From Ophelia neglecta (Eukaryota): a stretch of DNA of 64,000 nucleotides. The stretch lies in the NCBI GenBank assembly GCA_965285935.1, contig OZ260662.1, forward strand, positions 87,296,001 to 87,360,000, in the 5' to 3' direction. The position numbers and the translations under genes are program-made. This document shows positions 52,737 through 64,000 of the stretch, in pieces; position 1 is the stretch's first letter, and every line of letters starts with the position of its first letter. Below the pieces are notes generated by a model. It did not search any database. It was not told the origin of the DNA and saw nothing but the letters and a program-made list of their open reading frames with translations.

Positions 52737-55700
52737 AGTATTTCGATTAAGCTTATATTGCAGGAACTAAGCAACCTTACTTATGAGTGTGATGTAAAAG
52801 ATGCAGTGCTCTCTTGAATGTTCTGCTGTGGAGCACACAGAAACCAGCCTTGAATCCAATTTAACACTTCAAAAGCCTTAGCCTTGCGCATGAAAGAAAC
52901 CTATCAAGATGAAATGTATTTTTGGTCATGATGCAAAATAGCTCAAGGAGAATTTGTGAAGCACGTGCATATTCCGGTGAGCGAACATACAAAGAATTGA
53001 TAAAAAAGAAATAATTCCTACCCCCAGCACGCCTTAATCAAATCTGAGGAGAACGAGATCTGGGAGAGGAATGATGAATGGCAAACAGAGTGAGTGAACG
53101 CGTGGATGACACACAGTTATAGAATAGTGTTCCATCCTGAGGAGGAAGAGGGAAGGGGGGGGGGGGAGGCTTTAGACCGCGATGGCTTAAGGGTATGTAC
53201 ATGCTCCGTAGGGTCTGCTCTCACAAAATCTGTGATAATCATAAGGAGCATTCTCCACCACTTTTTTTTAGTAGCAATGTTGCCCTTAATCGACTTTAGA
53301 TATAATTTCGACTTAATTCGGACATAGTTTTCACTAAAAATCCCGAAATTGTCTTATTGACTTTCCATATGTAGGCCATCATTGCGCTTTTATTTTTAAG
53401 CGGTAAACTACACTTTGCCACATCATGCATAATCCTGCAGTCTATCTGCTACTGTTTTGGATTTGAAAACGCGCACAGATTATACATGAATTCTTCGAAT
53501 GCGCATCATGCATGGTACCTTGGACATTTACTGTAACAGTCTAGGCCATCTCGCACTATCTCCCATCCTTTACCCCTGATCTAATTCATGATTTAGAACT
53601 ATGTCGGTCCAATAAAGCAACTTGTGTATTCAGCAATTTCCGGACTTAATCCCACGCATATGTCGATTTTCTACAGTGCAACAGGTCAATGTTTGAGATT
53701 GACGCAGCATTTACTCGAATGAAACGTACATGCGAACTCTTTGTTTCACGTGCAGACTGCTTTTTGAAGTTGGCCTAAATATGATCAAAGTTGCTAGAAT
53801 CCTAAATAGTACTTAAGGAAAATCAATATCCATTATCTTCATAACAAAAAGCCACCCATGTGGAAAAAAAACCCTACTCTTCCAATGGTTATGCATCTTG
53901 CCGCCGGCATTTTCGCTACATCGCACCAGAAACCGTTGTTTTCTTAATTGAGCTAAAGTCAACCAAACCATGAAAAGACCGTTCAGTTGCTTGGGCCTGC
54001 AGAATAACTTGGACAGAGGCACACGCGCAAGATGAAGTTAGATAAATAAGTGTCTCGAAACCTGTTTCAGGATGTAAATCCTATGCTACTATGGTTCATA
54101 ATTTGCAAAGGTAGCCGGCAGAATCCGCGTATTCGACTCAGAATAAGGCCGTTCGCATGCCTCTACGTGACAATTACACATTTAAATGTCGCAGTAGGAT
54201 GTGTTGTAAAGACCTCGCTCAAGTAGGTTGTATTTTTTGCCGGAAATCAAACAGTTAATTTCCTGCAAATCTACGAAACTCTATGAAATAGGGCTTCTTG
54301 AATTTCAAAGAACTTCTTATCCAGCTAACTCTTTAAATACAATCCAGACAGCTTTTTACCATTATGTTCTAAATCGGAATTATTGATAATTGATTTTTTC
54401 GATCAATATGGACGCGTTTCCCGATTTAGATCCAGGATCTAAACACAAGCTGGCAATATAGATCATTACAAATGTCACGAAGGAGCCATCCCTCAAAATA
54501 AAGGGCACAAAACCGACCTTTGTCCAAGTTTTCTTATGGCAAAGGATCGATGACTTTAGTATCTACCGGCAGTAGTTTCTCTCATGAGGTGTTTTAATCC
54601 AAGCCCTAAAGTGGCTAAGCTTCCATCGCTCAAATGATGGACCGAGGCCGCCTGTAGATATAGACTCGCCTCAAAGGAATCATTATCACGAGTCTAGATG
54701 TGCCAGTTCTTCTGGCAGCCATTGCTTCCTATAGTCGGTTTATTTGTCCTTGGTTCCTGAAACACTATTGCTGCAAAACTTCAAACTTGGTCGCTGCAGT
54801 TGACTGCGATGTAATGTAAGAAACCAAGTATAGTAGAATCTAGCATTATACACAGTGGCATTCCATGGGACACATAGACTCAAAATAGTCAATTTAAGCG
54901 GCAGTATTTTTGTACACTTGGAAACTCAATGGCTGAAAATGAAGACGTTTGTCAAATAATCGACATCAAGCTTCCGCAGGGCAAATAGCTCTTTCGAGTT
55001 TACATGTAGTTTTTGAATATCGATAGTGATTAGAAAGAAGGATGGAGGATTCGTGAGCAAAAAGCGATACTACCACACCGATAAGTGACGGCAGGGAATG
55101 ATGATGCCTACGCCTAGACGCATTTCATTTGCTTACACAATTCAAGTCGATCAATGAAGCCGCATATACTGCTCTACAGTGTTTGTTTCACTTAACGACA
55201 CATATGCTATTAAAACTGGCCAATTGAGTGAATCTATAATGTCATGAAATCTACATTATTATTATTTACTTCGAAATTTTATTTAGTTTGGTAGATATAT
55301 GTAACTTTTCACATGTTTGTGTAAGGTGCTAGGAATATGAATCGAAATTATAAAACAAGAGCGGAACGGCAAATTCAATAATGTGTTGTTTCCTAACGCT
55401 GTAAATGAAGATTTGTTTGGCAATGTCTCCATTTTCACCACGACAATCTTCCGTACCAATCAGTTCCTGGACTTGGAAGACCTTGCTTTGCTCCAATCGA
55501 CTACTCGTCCTGTAAACAGGCGTATTTTTAAGACAAACCTATCTCTCAATGAGCTCTCATTTCAGCTCTTCCCTTTGAGCAGGATGAAAGCTACAGCCTG
55601 TCGGCTTAGAGTTTCAAGTAACATCGACCTAAGAGGAAGACAACCCAATAGAGTTTTTTTGTGTTCCGTATTCTGTTCCAAAAAAGTATTCCCTGGTGAT

Positions 55701-56166
55701 GTACAATTTGCAATATAAAGTAAATAAACATTTGGGATCAAACAGGAGATCATGATATGAACTTACACTTCCTGCTTTAAAATGTATAGCTCATGGCGTA
55801 ATGTACTGTGTGTTGAAGTACAAATGCAATGTAAAGTGAAAAGGGAAACATATGAATCTACGACTAAACATGCAAAACTCTGGCCAAAGCAGACTGTGCT
55901 TCATGGAAAGCTGGTTTTAAGCTTCACGCTAGGGTTAGGCCTAAACGTACCTCTAAAAAGAAAACATCCCGCAGGCATCCTACAGTAAAAACAGCATTAA
56001 AATTTGTATATTTCTCTAATAAATGAAATGCTACTTTAAAAAGGAATTAATGGTATCAGAAAAGGAACCAACTTATCTGCTTAAATCCTTGGAAGAAGAA
56101 CCAACAGAACTATTTATTACACTGACACTAAAATTCAAAGCCAACACAGCTTGTATTTTGGCTGGT

Positions 56167-56207
56167 GTAATAGTAATAGTAATAGATACTAAAGTAATAG
56201 ATAATAG
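56167..56207. repeat. (GTAATA)n degenerate repeat
   Basis: GTAATAGTAATAGTAATAGAT...GTAATAGATAATAG, read directly. Confidence 0.7.
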
Positions 56208-56809
56208 CCTATCACTAGGATACTGTTGTAGTTTTACTGAAGCTTTGAAACATTTGCTGATTAAACCAACCAATTACAAGGAAAGCATGCTTTCATTTTT
56301 TTAATAGAGTGTGATCATGTGGTCTAAGGAAGTTATTGCAAGAGAGACTTTCCTCTTAATTGTGATAATCAGACTGTTTAAACAAGAACAGTCTTCATGG
56401 GATAGTCGGAATCTATTAATTCTATCATTGGTCTTTGTTTGGTTTTTAATCCTTAAAGAATGATGTACTGTCTCAATTGGATTTAACCAGACTATCATAG
56501 TAGCACCAGACTAAAAACTAAAATCATACTTAGTAATCGAATGGCTACCAGAGTCTGACTACTTTAGACAATCATGTAAACAAATAGGTTGTTACTATCA
56601 TCTATGCAGCCAGCTAGTCTATTAAAGTGTTGATTACTGTTCTCCTTGAGAAGAGACTAGTTATGTAATGCACATACATGTATGCCATTTAAACGTCGCA
56701 GATTTTACCTGGAAGGACCCTAGTTGTAACATATATAGTGCATATGCTGTGATCCTAAAGGTCCATTCATAACTTAAATAAGACCCTTTTTATAACGACT
56801 TATTATTAT

Positions 56810-58862
56810 ACAACTTGTGGAAGGATAATGGTAGGCCGAAAGGTGGACATATTGCAGACATACGCAGGAAAACGAGAGCTCAGTATCATAATATTGTCAG
56901 AAAGGTGAAACGCAACGAGAGATTAATTCGATCTTGCAACATGGCTCAATGCTTTCTTCGTGATAACCGAAGTGATTTCTGGGCAGAGGTGCTTAAATTA
57001 AGGGGTCGCAGTGGTAATTGCCCAACATCTATTGACGAGGCGCTGGGTGATGCGGCTATATCCCAATTATTCTCTGACAAATATAAGGATCTGTATAACA
57101 GTGTGTCATACGATAAAGCTCAAATGAACGAGTTGAAAGGTGTTGTCAACAAGAAAATTCTCGACCACAGCAATTGTGAATCTCACTTGATTAACGTTGT
57201 TGATATTGTTGATGCTGTAAGTATGTTAAAACCTGGCAAAAATGATGGTCTTAGGGGGCATTACACGAACCATCTAATCAAAGATACGAATAGATTGTTC
57301 TGTTATCTGTCATTATTATTTAACAGCATAGTGTCACATGGTTTTATCCCAGATGACTTGTTGATATCTACCATCAACCCAACCCAAAAAACAAACGTAA
57401 ATCTCTGAATGACTCCGACAATTATCGGGCGATAGCTTTGAGCAGTGTGATGGGAAAATTGTTAGACAAGATCTTGCTAGATAAATGTCGTGACATTTTC
57501 TCCACTTCCAGTTACCAGTATGGTTTTAAGAAATGTCACTCTACTAGCCATTGTTCTTTTGTGGTAAATGAAATCATTCAATATTATAATAATAATGACT
57601 CGAACGTGTATGTAACACTCTTAGATGCGTCTAAATCGTTTGATCGTGTTGAATATGTTAAATTGTTTAATGTCCTGTTGTCAAAAAATATTTGCCCAGT
57701 AATTGCCCGGTTCTTGATCCATTTATATACCAGTCAGTCAATAAGAGTAAAATGGGGCAGTACCTTTGGTGAAAGATTTTCAGTTTCCAACGGTGTTAAA
57801 CAGGGAGGTGTTATGTCACCAATATTGTTCACTGTTTATCTTGCCACACTATTGTACAGACTTGAGAATTCCGCCAATTGGTAAAAGTTTTTGTGGTGCA
57901 TTTGGATATGCCGATGACTTAACTCTATTATGTCCGACTGTTGCAAGCCTAAAACACTTGCTCGCTATTTGTTCAGATTATGCGGCTGAGTTCAATGTAG
58001 AATTCAATCCTTCGAAAAGTAAACTGATTGTCTGCAGCCCATTAAATACCAAAGTTATTCCACCTGATATACCGTTCATGGGAGGTGTGATCGAGTGTGT
58101 CCCTTGCGACAAGCACCTAGGTAATTATATTGGTAATATATCTCAGGAAGACATCATATCTCACATCACTAATGATTTTTTAGCCAGAGTGAATATGATC
58201 AAAACCCACTTCAAGTGGCTACCAATAGATGTGATTTACTCATTGTTTAAGTCCTTTTGTAAGTCTCTGTATGGGAGCCAGCTCTGGGACATTAGTTCAT
58301 CGTCTATTGAAAAGTTTTATGTCTCTTGGAGGAAGTCTGTTCGTTATATCCTCAGCATTCCACGCACCTCGAATTGTTCTTTACTCCATTTGATATGTAA
58401 TGATGTACCAATACCGTCCCAAATGGGCAGTCGCTTTGTCAGCTTCTTTAAATCTCTTGTCAGAAGTACTAATAATGTTAACAACCTTTGTACCTTGCTA
58501 GCATTAAATGGGAGCAGATCTGCTACGTCTAATAACATTACACATGTATGTACTCAGTTAGCTTGTAGCAGACACACCCTGGGTTTCTCTAGTAATGTAT
58601 GGAAAACCGAGGATAGTGAAGAAAGTATGATCATAGCCAGTGTCATCCGTGATCTTGTGCAAATGAAGTATGATTCTCTCTTGTCACACAACTTGGTCTT
58701 AAATAAGGAGGAATTTAATTATGCTATTCACTATTTGTGTACTATATAGTGTACTCGTGTGGTTTTGTTTCTTAAATCTGTTTTCCCTTTTTTTTTCTGC
58801 ACCTTCCATTTAATTGCACCCAATTTGTGTACATTCATTCGTACGAATAAAGATATATATAT
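56810..58862 (+). mobile_element. 5'-truncated non-LTR retrotransposon, RTE-X-like
   Basis: Motifs LWKDNGRP.GG.IADIRRKTRAQYH, FWAEV, LKPGKNDG, PKNKRKSLNDSDNYRAIALSS, QYGFKK.HST, LLDASKSFDRV, NGVKQGGVMSP.LF, GYADDLTLLCP, FNPSKSK, KHLG, LYGSQLW and WRKSVR. A short 3'UTR ends CGAATAAAG followed by a (TA)n tail. The clade is assigned from recalled motif patterns. Confidence 0.88.
56815..58749 (+). pseudogene. Frameshifted RT-containing ORF of the RTE-X-like LINE
   Basis: ORFs 56815-57408, 57438-57884 and 57766-58749 are consecutive pieces of one protein, with frameshifts or deletions near 57380 and 57870. No endonuclease domain is present. Confidence 0.85.
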
Positions 58863-58948
58863 TGTGTGTGTCAAGAGTCTTATACCTTTGTTCTTTGGCA
58901 AAAGTAAAGTTTCCAAAAAATCAGCAAAGTTGCCTGCGTAAAGTTATT

Positions 58949-59058
58949 GTAATAGTAATTTTAATAGACAGTTGGGTACTAGTAATAGAAATAGATCAAA
59001 AGAGGCTGTAATAGTATTAGTAATATAATTATTTCAATATTAATGTTAATAGTAATAG
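58949..59058. repeat. (GTAATA)n degenerate repeat array, probable MITE subterminal-repeat relic
   Basis: About 10 dispersed GTAATA/TAATAG units in 110 bp, the same unit as at 56167-56207. Confidence 0.55.
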
Positions 59059-59262
59059 ATTGCACGTCATAGATATTATGTCTGGGAATCAGTTTATGCA
59101 TATATTGTCAGATGCTCAATCAAATGGTTCCTCAACAGGAGTTAAATCTTTTAACTGTTTCACCGAAGAAAACCACCATTGTATTTATACCTTAACCGAG
59201 GATAAGCTGATATTTTGTCGTCCTGTCAATATTTAACCTTATTGTCAAATAGTTATTGACCG

Positions 59263-59360
59263 TGTTGATCGACTGTCTCTTTTTTATGAATATGCAATCT
59301 TCATACGACATGTTGATCGACTGTCTTTTTTTTATGAATATGCAATCTTCATACGACATG
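59263..59360. repeat. 48-bp tandem duplication (2 copies, 1 mismatch)
   Basis: TGTTGATCGACTGTCT(C/T)TTTTTTATGAATATGCAATCTTCATACGACA at 59263-59310 and 59311-59358. Confidence 0.95.
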
Positions 59361-62300
59361 AGAGAACTGTCTTTTAAACCTTCCAGTAAACTGTTCCCTT
59401 TAAACACAAGGAAGATTGACAAAAAAGAAAACAATAAAACTCACCACAGTCCGAAATCCAACATAAATTGTAATGCCCGCAGAAGCCTTCCCAGGTTTAT
59501 GGATTCCTAAGGGAGAAAATGTGAACGACTTATGAAATATCATTCCTTTCACACCTGTTGTCGAAGGAGATAATGCTAAACAGTCGACGACAAACTGATG
59601 GCGAGTGACATGTTCCTGCACAGATCTTGCCACGTGAGGAACAACTCTGGTAGCATGTAATTACGCCTTTTAACAGAACAGCAGGTCTTTGAGCACCTGC
59701 ACAACACACGCCAAACCTTGGCGCGATGCGCCAGCCAGATATACCTAGGGTATCAATTACTAACTGTAAACATAACGCATTCGGCCACGTAAAGATTCAC
59801 AGAGATCCTTGGGTCATACAGCTGTGTTGCTCATTGAAAACAAGAAAAGACACTTCGACCTACCAAAAATAATTTCTTAAACCTACATATAGCCCTGCAT
59901 ACCTATGGTAATTTCTTGTATAAAGTAAAAGATAATAACATTTAGACACGCAATTCCGGCATTATATGCTCCAGGGAAAGGCAAAAGACAAGCACACACA
60001 TGTGTTTGAAAATAGACAAATTTTGATCAAGCAATATAAATCGAACAAATTGCTTAGCTATATTGTTGAATTCCCTATTATTTGGTGGCACCTGATAACT
60101 GTGGTTTATATCTCCTCTTTGTGTGATTTCTTAATGTTTTGATTCCTGTCAGCAACTGATACAATGCTTTGAGAAAATAAATGAAGTTATTGTGTCAGGG
60201 CCTGGCTATAAAGAATTGATTTATATACACTCTAAGTTCAGTTGACGTACTTGAGTTGGAAACGGAATGGGGACTCACTTATCTTTATATATTTGCTGGC
60301 TTGCATGTCTTGTATGCTTTTATGATGTGAAAAACCTTTCACCCTGAAGCTCAACAGATGGTTTCCTCAAACATATCTGTTCCAATCTCTGCCAATAGAA
60401 TATTTGTCTAACGCAGTTATGCATATGGCTATATTTATTTAAGCTACCACTTTCATAATTTGTGCTCTGACGGCTTTAATATAATTATGGAGATATCAAA
60501 TGTACTTCTGTCCGGTTGTGACTACTTGCCAAGAAATTATATCGCTCGATAATTCTGTCGCTGGTAAAACTTGCTTTCCTGTACAGTCGCTGTCATGTTG
60601 ATGTGCGAATACAGCCAATATGTGTGGTAAAGATCCTCCATCTACACTGAGTCTAATTATTATTTCTTCAACCGCATTAGACGCCCAGCTTATCAGGCTC
60701 TCGTGCACAACAAGTAGTTAAATGTAACTCGTCAGATATGAAAACATCGCCAAAATCAACGAAAGCATAGTAATTCTACTAATGGATCTGTATAATTAAC
60801 GACTTTCCCCCCTCCCTACTTAACCAAGCAATTGGGAAATACATTTGCCAGATAAAGCTGACATGACACAAGCCAGAATACCTTTCCGACACTTACTTTG
60901 ATACATGTTGAAAGTAAACACAAACTGTAGGCTATATACTGGAAAATAGTTTTGTCGTCTTGTAGGGACCTTCTGGTTGATTCACATGTGATGCCATTTA
61001 CCCAACATTATCATCATGATCTTGTAAAACCTATATCGAGAAACAATAATGACGCTAGACTACTCTTTTTTTTAAACTATATGACCCCTATGACTGAACG
61101 TAATTCGGTTATAAATCTGAAAAAGGTCCGGACAGTATGAAACATGAGTTCACCTTAATTAAATTGTGCCTAGGTCTTGAGACTGCATAACTTGTGTTCG
61201 CATACTTACATAGAAATTACCTTTGCTTAAAAGAACATGGGAACTCATGAAATTAACATTGATAGCGATCTCAAGTTATGGAAAAAACGTTACACGTAAT
61301 AGGCACAATGAAATTGTGTTTGGTGTTTACATGTATTGCGCGAAAATCCATACTTTTGAACCAATTAAATATAAGAACGATATATAGCACTGCTTGTTAC
61401 CCACAGTTTCACGTTGAAAAATACATCGACTGGCAATGGGAGTCAATCGATACGTAGGGACCTACTCTAGCACATTATAACTGTCGGGAGTAAACCATTT
61501 TTGTAATACACCTTTCCAGAAATCAATCATAACATCTTTTTGGGTGGAGCGAGGAGATATTTTCCGAAATAGATTGGAAATATGTAACATCGAGCAGACA
61601 AACCGTGTCCGTTTACTGAAAAACCAAATATTGGAGTCAACAGTATGTAAGACTATATCGAATTCAAATATTTCGAAGATTGATATTTGACGCATATTAG
61701 TAGATGTTTTCTACAGTTTTACACGAAGCACTGTGCAAATTAGTTTCTCTGAGAAGTGGAAATTAATCTTTGGAGGTGTCGAAGTTTCTGGAAATATGGC
61801 GTAAACAACACATATAATTATGTATCGTCTAGCACCGATACTTGGCACAAGAAAATATAGAGGGAAGGATTCAAATCCCAACGTTCACTACTGATGCTGG
61901 ACTGACAATAAATACATAGGCAGCGTATTTCTGATGGCAAAATATGTCAGTAGCCAATTTCATCAGGGCTTATTCTGACATTTAAGAAAAACCCAGACTA
62001 TGGTAACAATTGGACTAGTCAATTTTCTACTATTCTGAGCAGTTAACTCAAACCTAAAACTAAGGCCAATTGCCTTTACGTATAGGGCTGAGAATGATAT
62101 AAACTCAACGAGATTTAAAAGAGTACTTGCTAGCGTACTTCTGGCTTGTTTGATCTCGTTGTATAAAAGATCAGCGCTGAAGGCCACTTATAATCGAGTT
62201 AAGCTCGGTTTGGAAATTTTACTTAACGTCTTGACATTAGCTTTAAATAAGTTTTTTTAAATACAAATTTCTAACTTAATCCTACGAACTTAAAACACCA

Positions 62301-64000
62301 AAGGAGATGTGTAGGGCCGACATGCGTTCTATCAAAAAAATTAATTCCCATAAATATGTCAAACTATACAATTGCTTCTTTATTTCCAATACTTATAGTT
62401 CGTGATTCAACCATGATTCCCTTGTTACCTATATTAATAAACAATCATGGAGGTTTAGGAAAAACTTTCGTTCAACATGATTGTAATTAGCAAATACCAC
62501 AGCTTTAATCTCTCGATGCAGACGGCCAACTAAGTCGGCATTAAGAAGGAATTACAAACCAATAATATAAAAGCTACGACACGTTTAGTAAAATAATAAG
62601 TAGTTTATAGAAGGGCAATCATTATGGGGTCCTCCAATACTCACCTCCTTTGATGCAAGCTCATACACAAGTAAACAGACAAAAGTACAGCAAAATAGCT
62701 CATAGCATTATAAAATTAAAGAAAACCCTATACGTGTCTCAACTGGGCAAAAGCGTACAGATGATAATGTCGGATATTACCCAGAAACTAATGGTCGTAC
62801 TTTCTAAAGACTTTCTAAGTTGAAGATAAAATAAAATTTGGAGAACGATATGAAAAAGCGCATTTTAAAGAGAATGGACGCATGTCACTGGCATCTTTGC
62901 AACTTCATCTGTACAAAATGGCCAACGAATAGAAGTAAGGTTATCAACGTACGTTGATGTGTATCAAATCAACTGTTGCCTTCATACTTAATTCTGATGC
63001 ACTTATATTTCTACAGGCAATTTCCCACACACTTTGAACGTTAAATTAAATGAAGCTGCGGCATTCTCTTGGGCAGGGCCATCCAATTTAGAATGGAGCA
63101 ATTAGTGGCACAAAGATTAATTACTACCTATACGAAGATTAATTCCTCCAAGGGGAATTTCAGCAATTGTATAAAACAAGAGCCAAAGACAGGTATTCTA
63201 TTGACTGAGTAATGTGTGTCCACTGTGGACCACTCTAATCTCTCAATATTAGTCATGTCTCATCTTATCCAAAGGTTACGATGTGTTAGAAAGGTACATT
63301 GGGATAACAAACATCTTCATGTCATTAGTCCATCACTGCCAGGTAAAAATAAGAAAAATTTTATTAGCGCCTGTTGCACATGCTTCCCAATAATATCTAA
63401 TGGATGATCATATATTTCAATGATAAATGCCACACTTTCGTTTTGTTTTTCATTTGTTATGACAGGATAATTATGAGTGTGAATTAATCACACTAACACC
63501 CTTCATTGGCAATTCGCGCGATAAATGCAGAGAGACAATATAACAATTATGGCGGTCGTTCGACTGGATGAAGCGCAGTAAATGAGCTAGGTTATTAGAT
63601 AGGTTGCTACTATAAAACTAGTTTATTAGTTAGAAAGATGACCATTTGACCAGTTTGTCTCGCAGCAGACATTGGTTTATTGCCCTAGGTTATGGTAACA
63701 GTGTCCATGACACAAAGAACGTATATAATACACAAGGTAACACAAAATGTTAAGTGGTCCGGATTATCGACTGCATGTCTATAATGCAGGAAAGTTAAGC
63801 TATAGGCCTATATTTGAAAAGACAAAATGACGACATGTCATATTATGCTAATGAAGTGTTTCAGATTTCAGACAGGAGAGTTGAGATCAACCAATCAATT
63901 GAAGAGTTATGACTTTCTTGTTTGTTTAATAGTACGATAACAAAATACAGGCGGCCGAATTCTGCAACATTTCTGCAATTTTTTTATCTCCAGAAACGTG

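Noticed and set aside
59400-64000. Short ORFs (60-80 aa) in the distal region
   Set aside because: No recognisable motifs or consistent splice structure; length distribution is as expected for non-coding DNA.

Overview
This is animal genomic DNA, AT-rich and intron-containing, most plausibly from a marine lophotrochozoan-type invertebrate (inferred from the gene and repeat types). No rRNA, tRNA or CRISPR features were found. Two intact protein-coding genes lie on the minus strand. The first is a complete 5-coding-exon Wnt11 (join of 35020-35117, 17873-18111, 15707-15981, 9087-9385, 8629-8803; 361 aa; GT-AG introns in phases 2-1-0-2; 16.9 kb first intron); exons 1, 2 and 5 are missing from the ORF track. 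The second is a class A neuropeptide GPCR of the allatostatin-A/galanin/kisspeptin receptor group with an uninterrupted CDS (48956-50086, 376 aa) and IRY in place of DRY. Two 5'-truncated, frameshifted LINEs are present: an L2-group element (about 9-1739, minus) and an RTE-X-like element (about 56810-58862, plus). There is also a small CR1/L2 RT relic and several decayed non-autonomous DNA-transposon fragments. The most interesting unexplained signals are: (a) a ~400-bp minus-strand promoter/first-exon module at 1782-2183 combining E-boxes, a D-box, CREs, an NF-Y box and an RORE, i.e. the full set of circadian cis-elements, apparently driving a gene that continues off the left edge; (b) window-wide enrichment of the palindromes TAGGCCTA and TACATGTA, which look like DNA-transposon excision footprints; (c) a uORF overlapping the Wnt11 start codon and tandem furin-consensus sites in the Wnt11 linker. 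I do not see firm evidence of a wholly new biological system; these items are hypotheses from manual reading.
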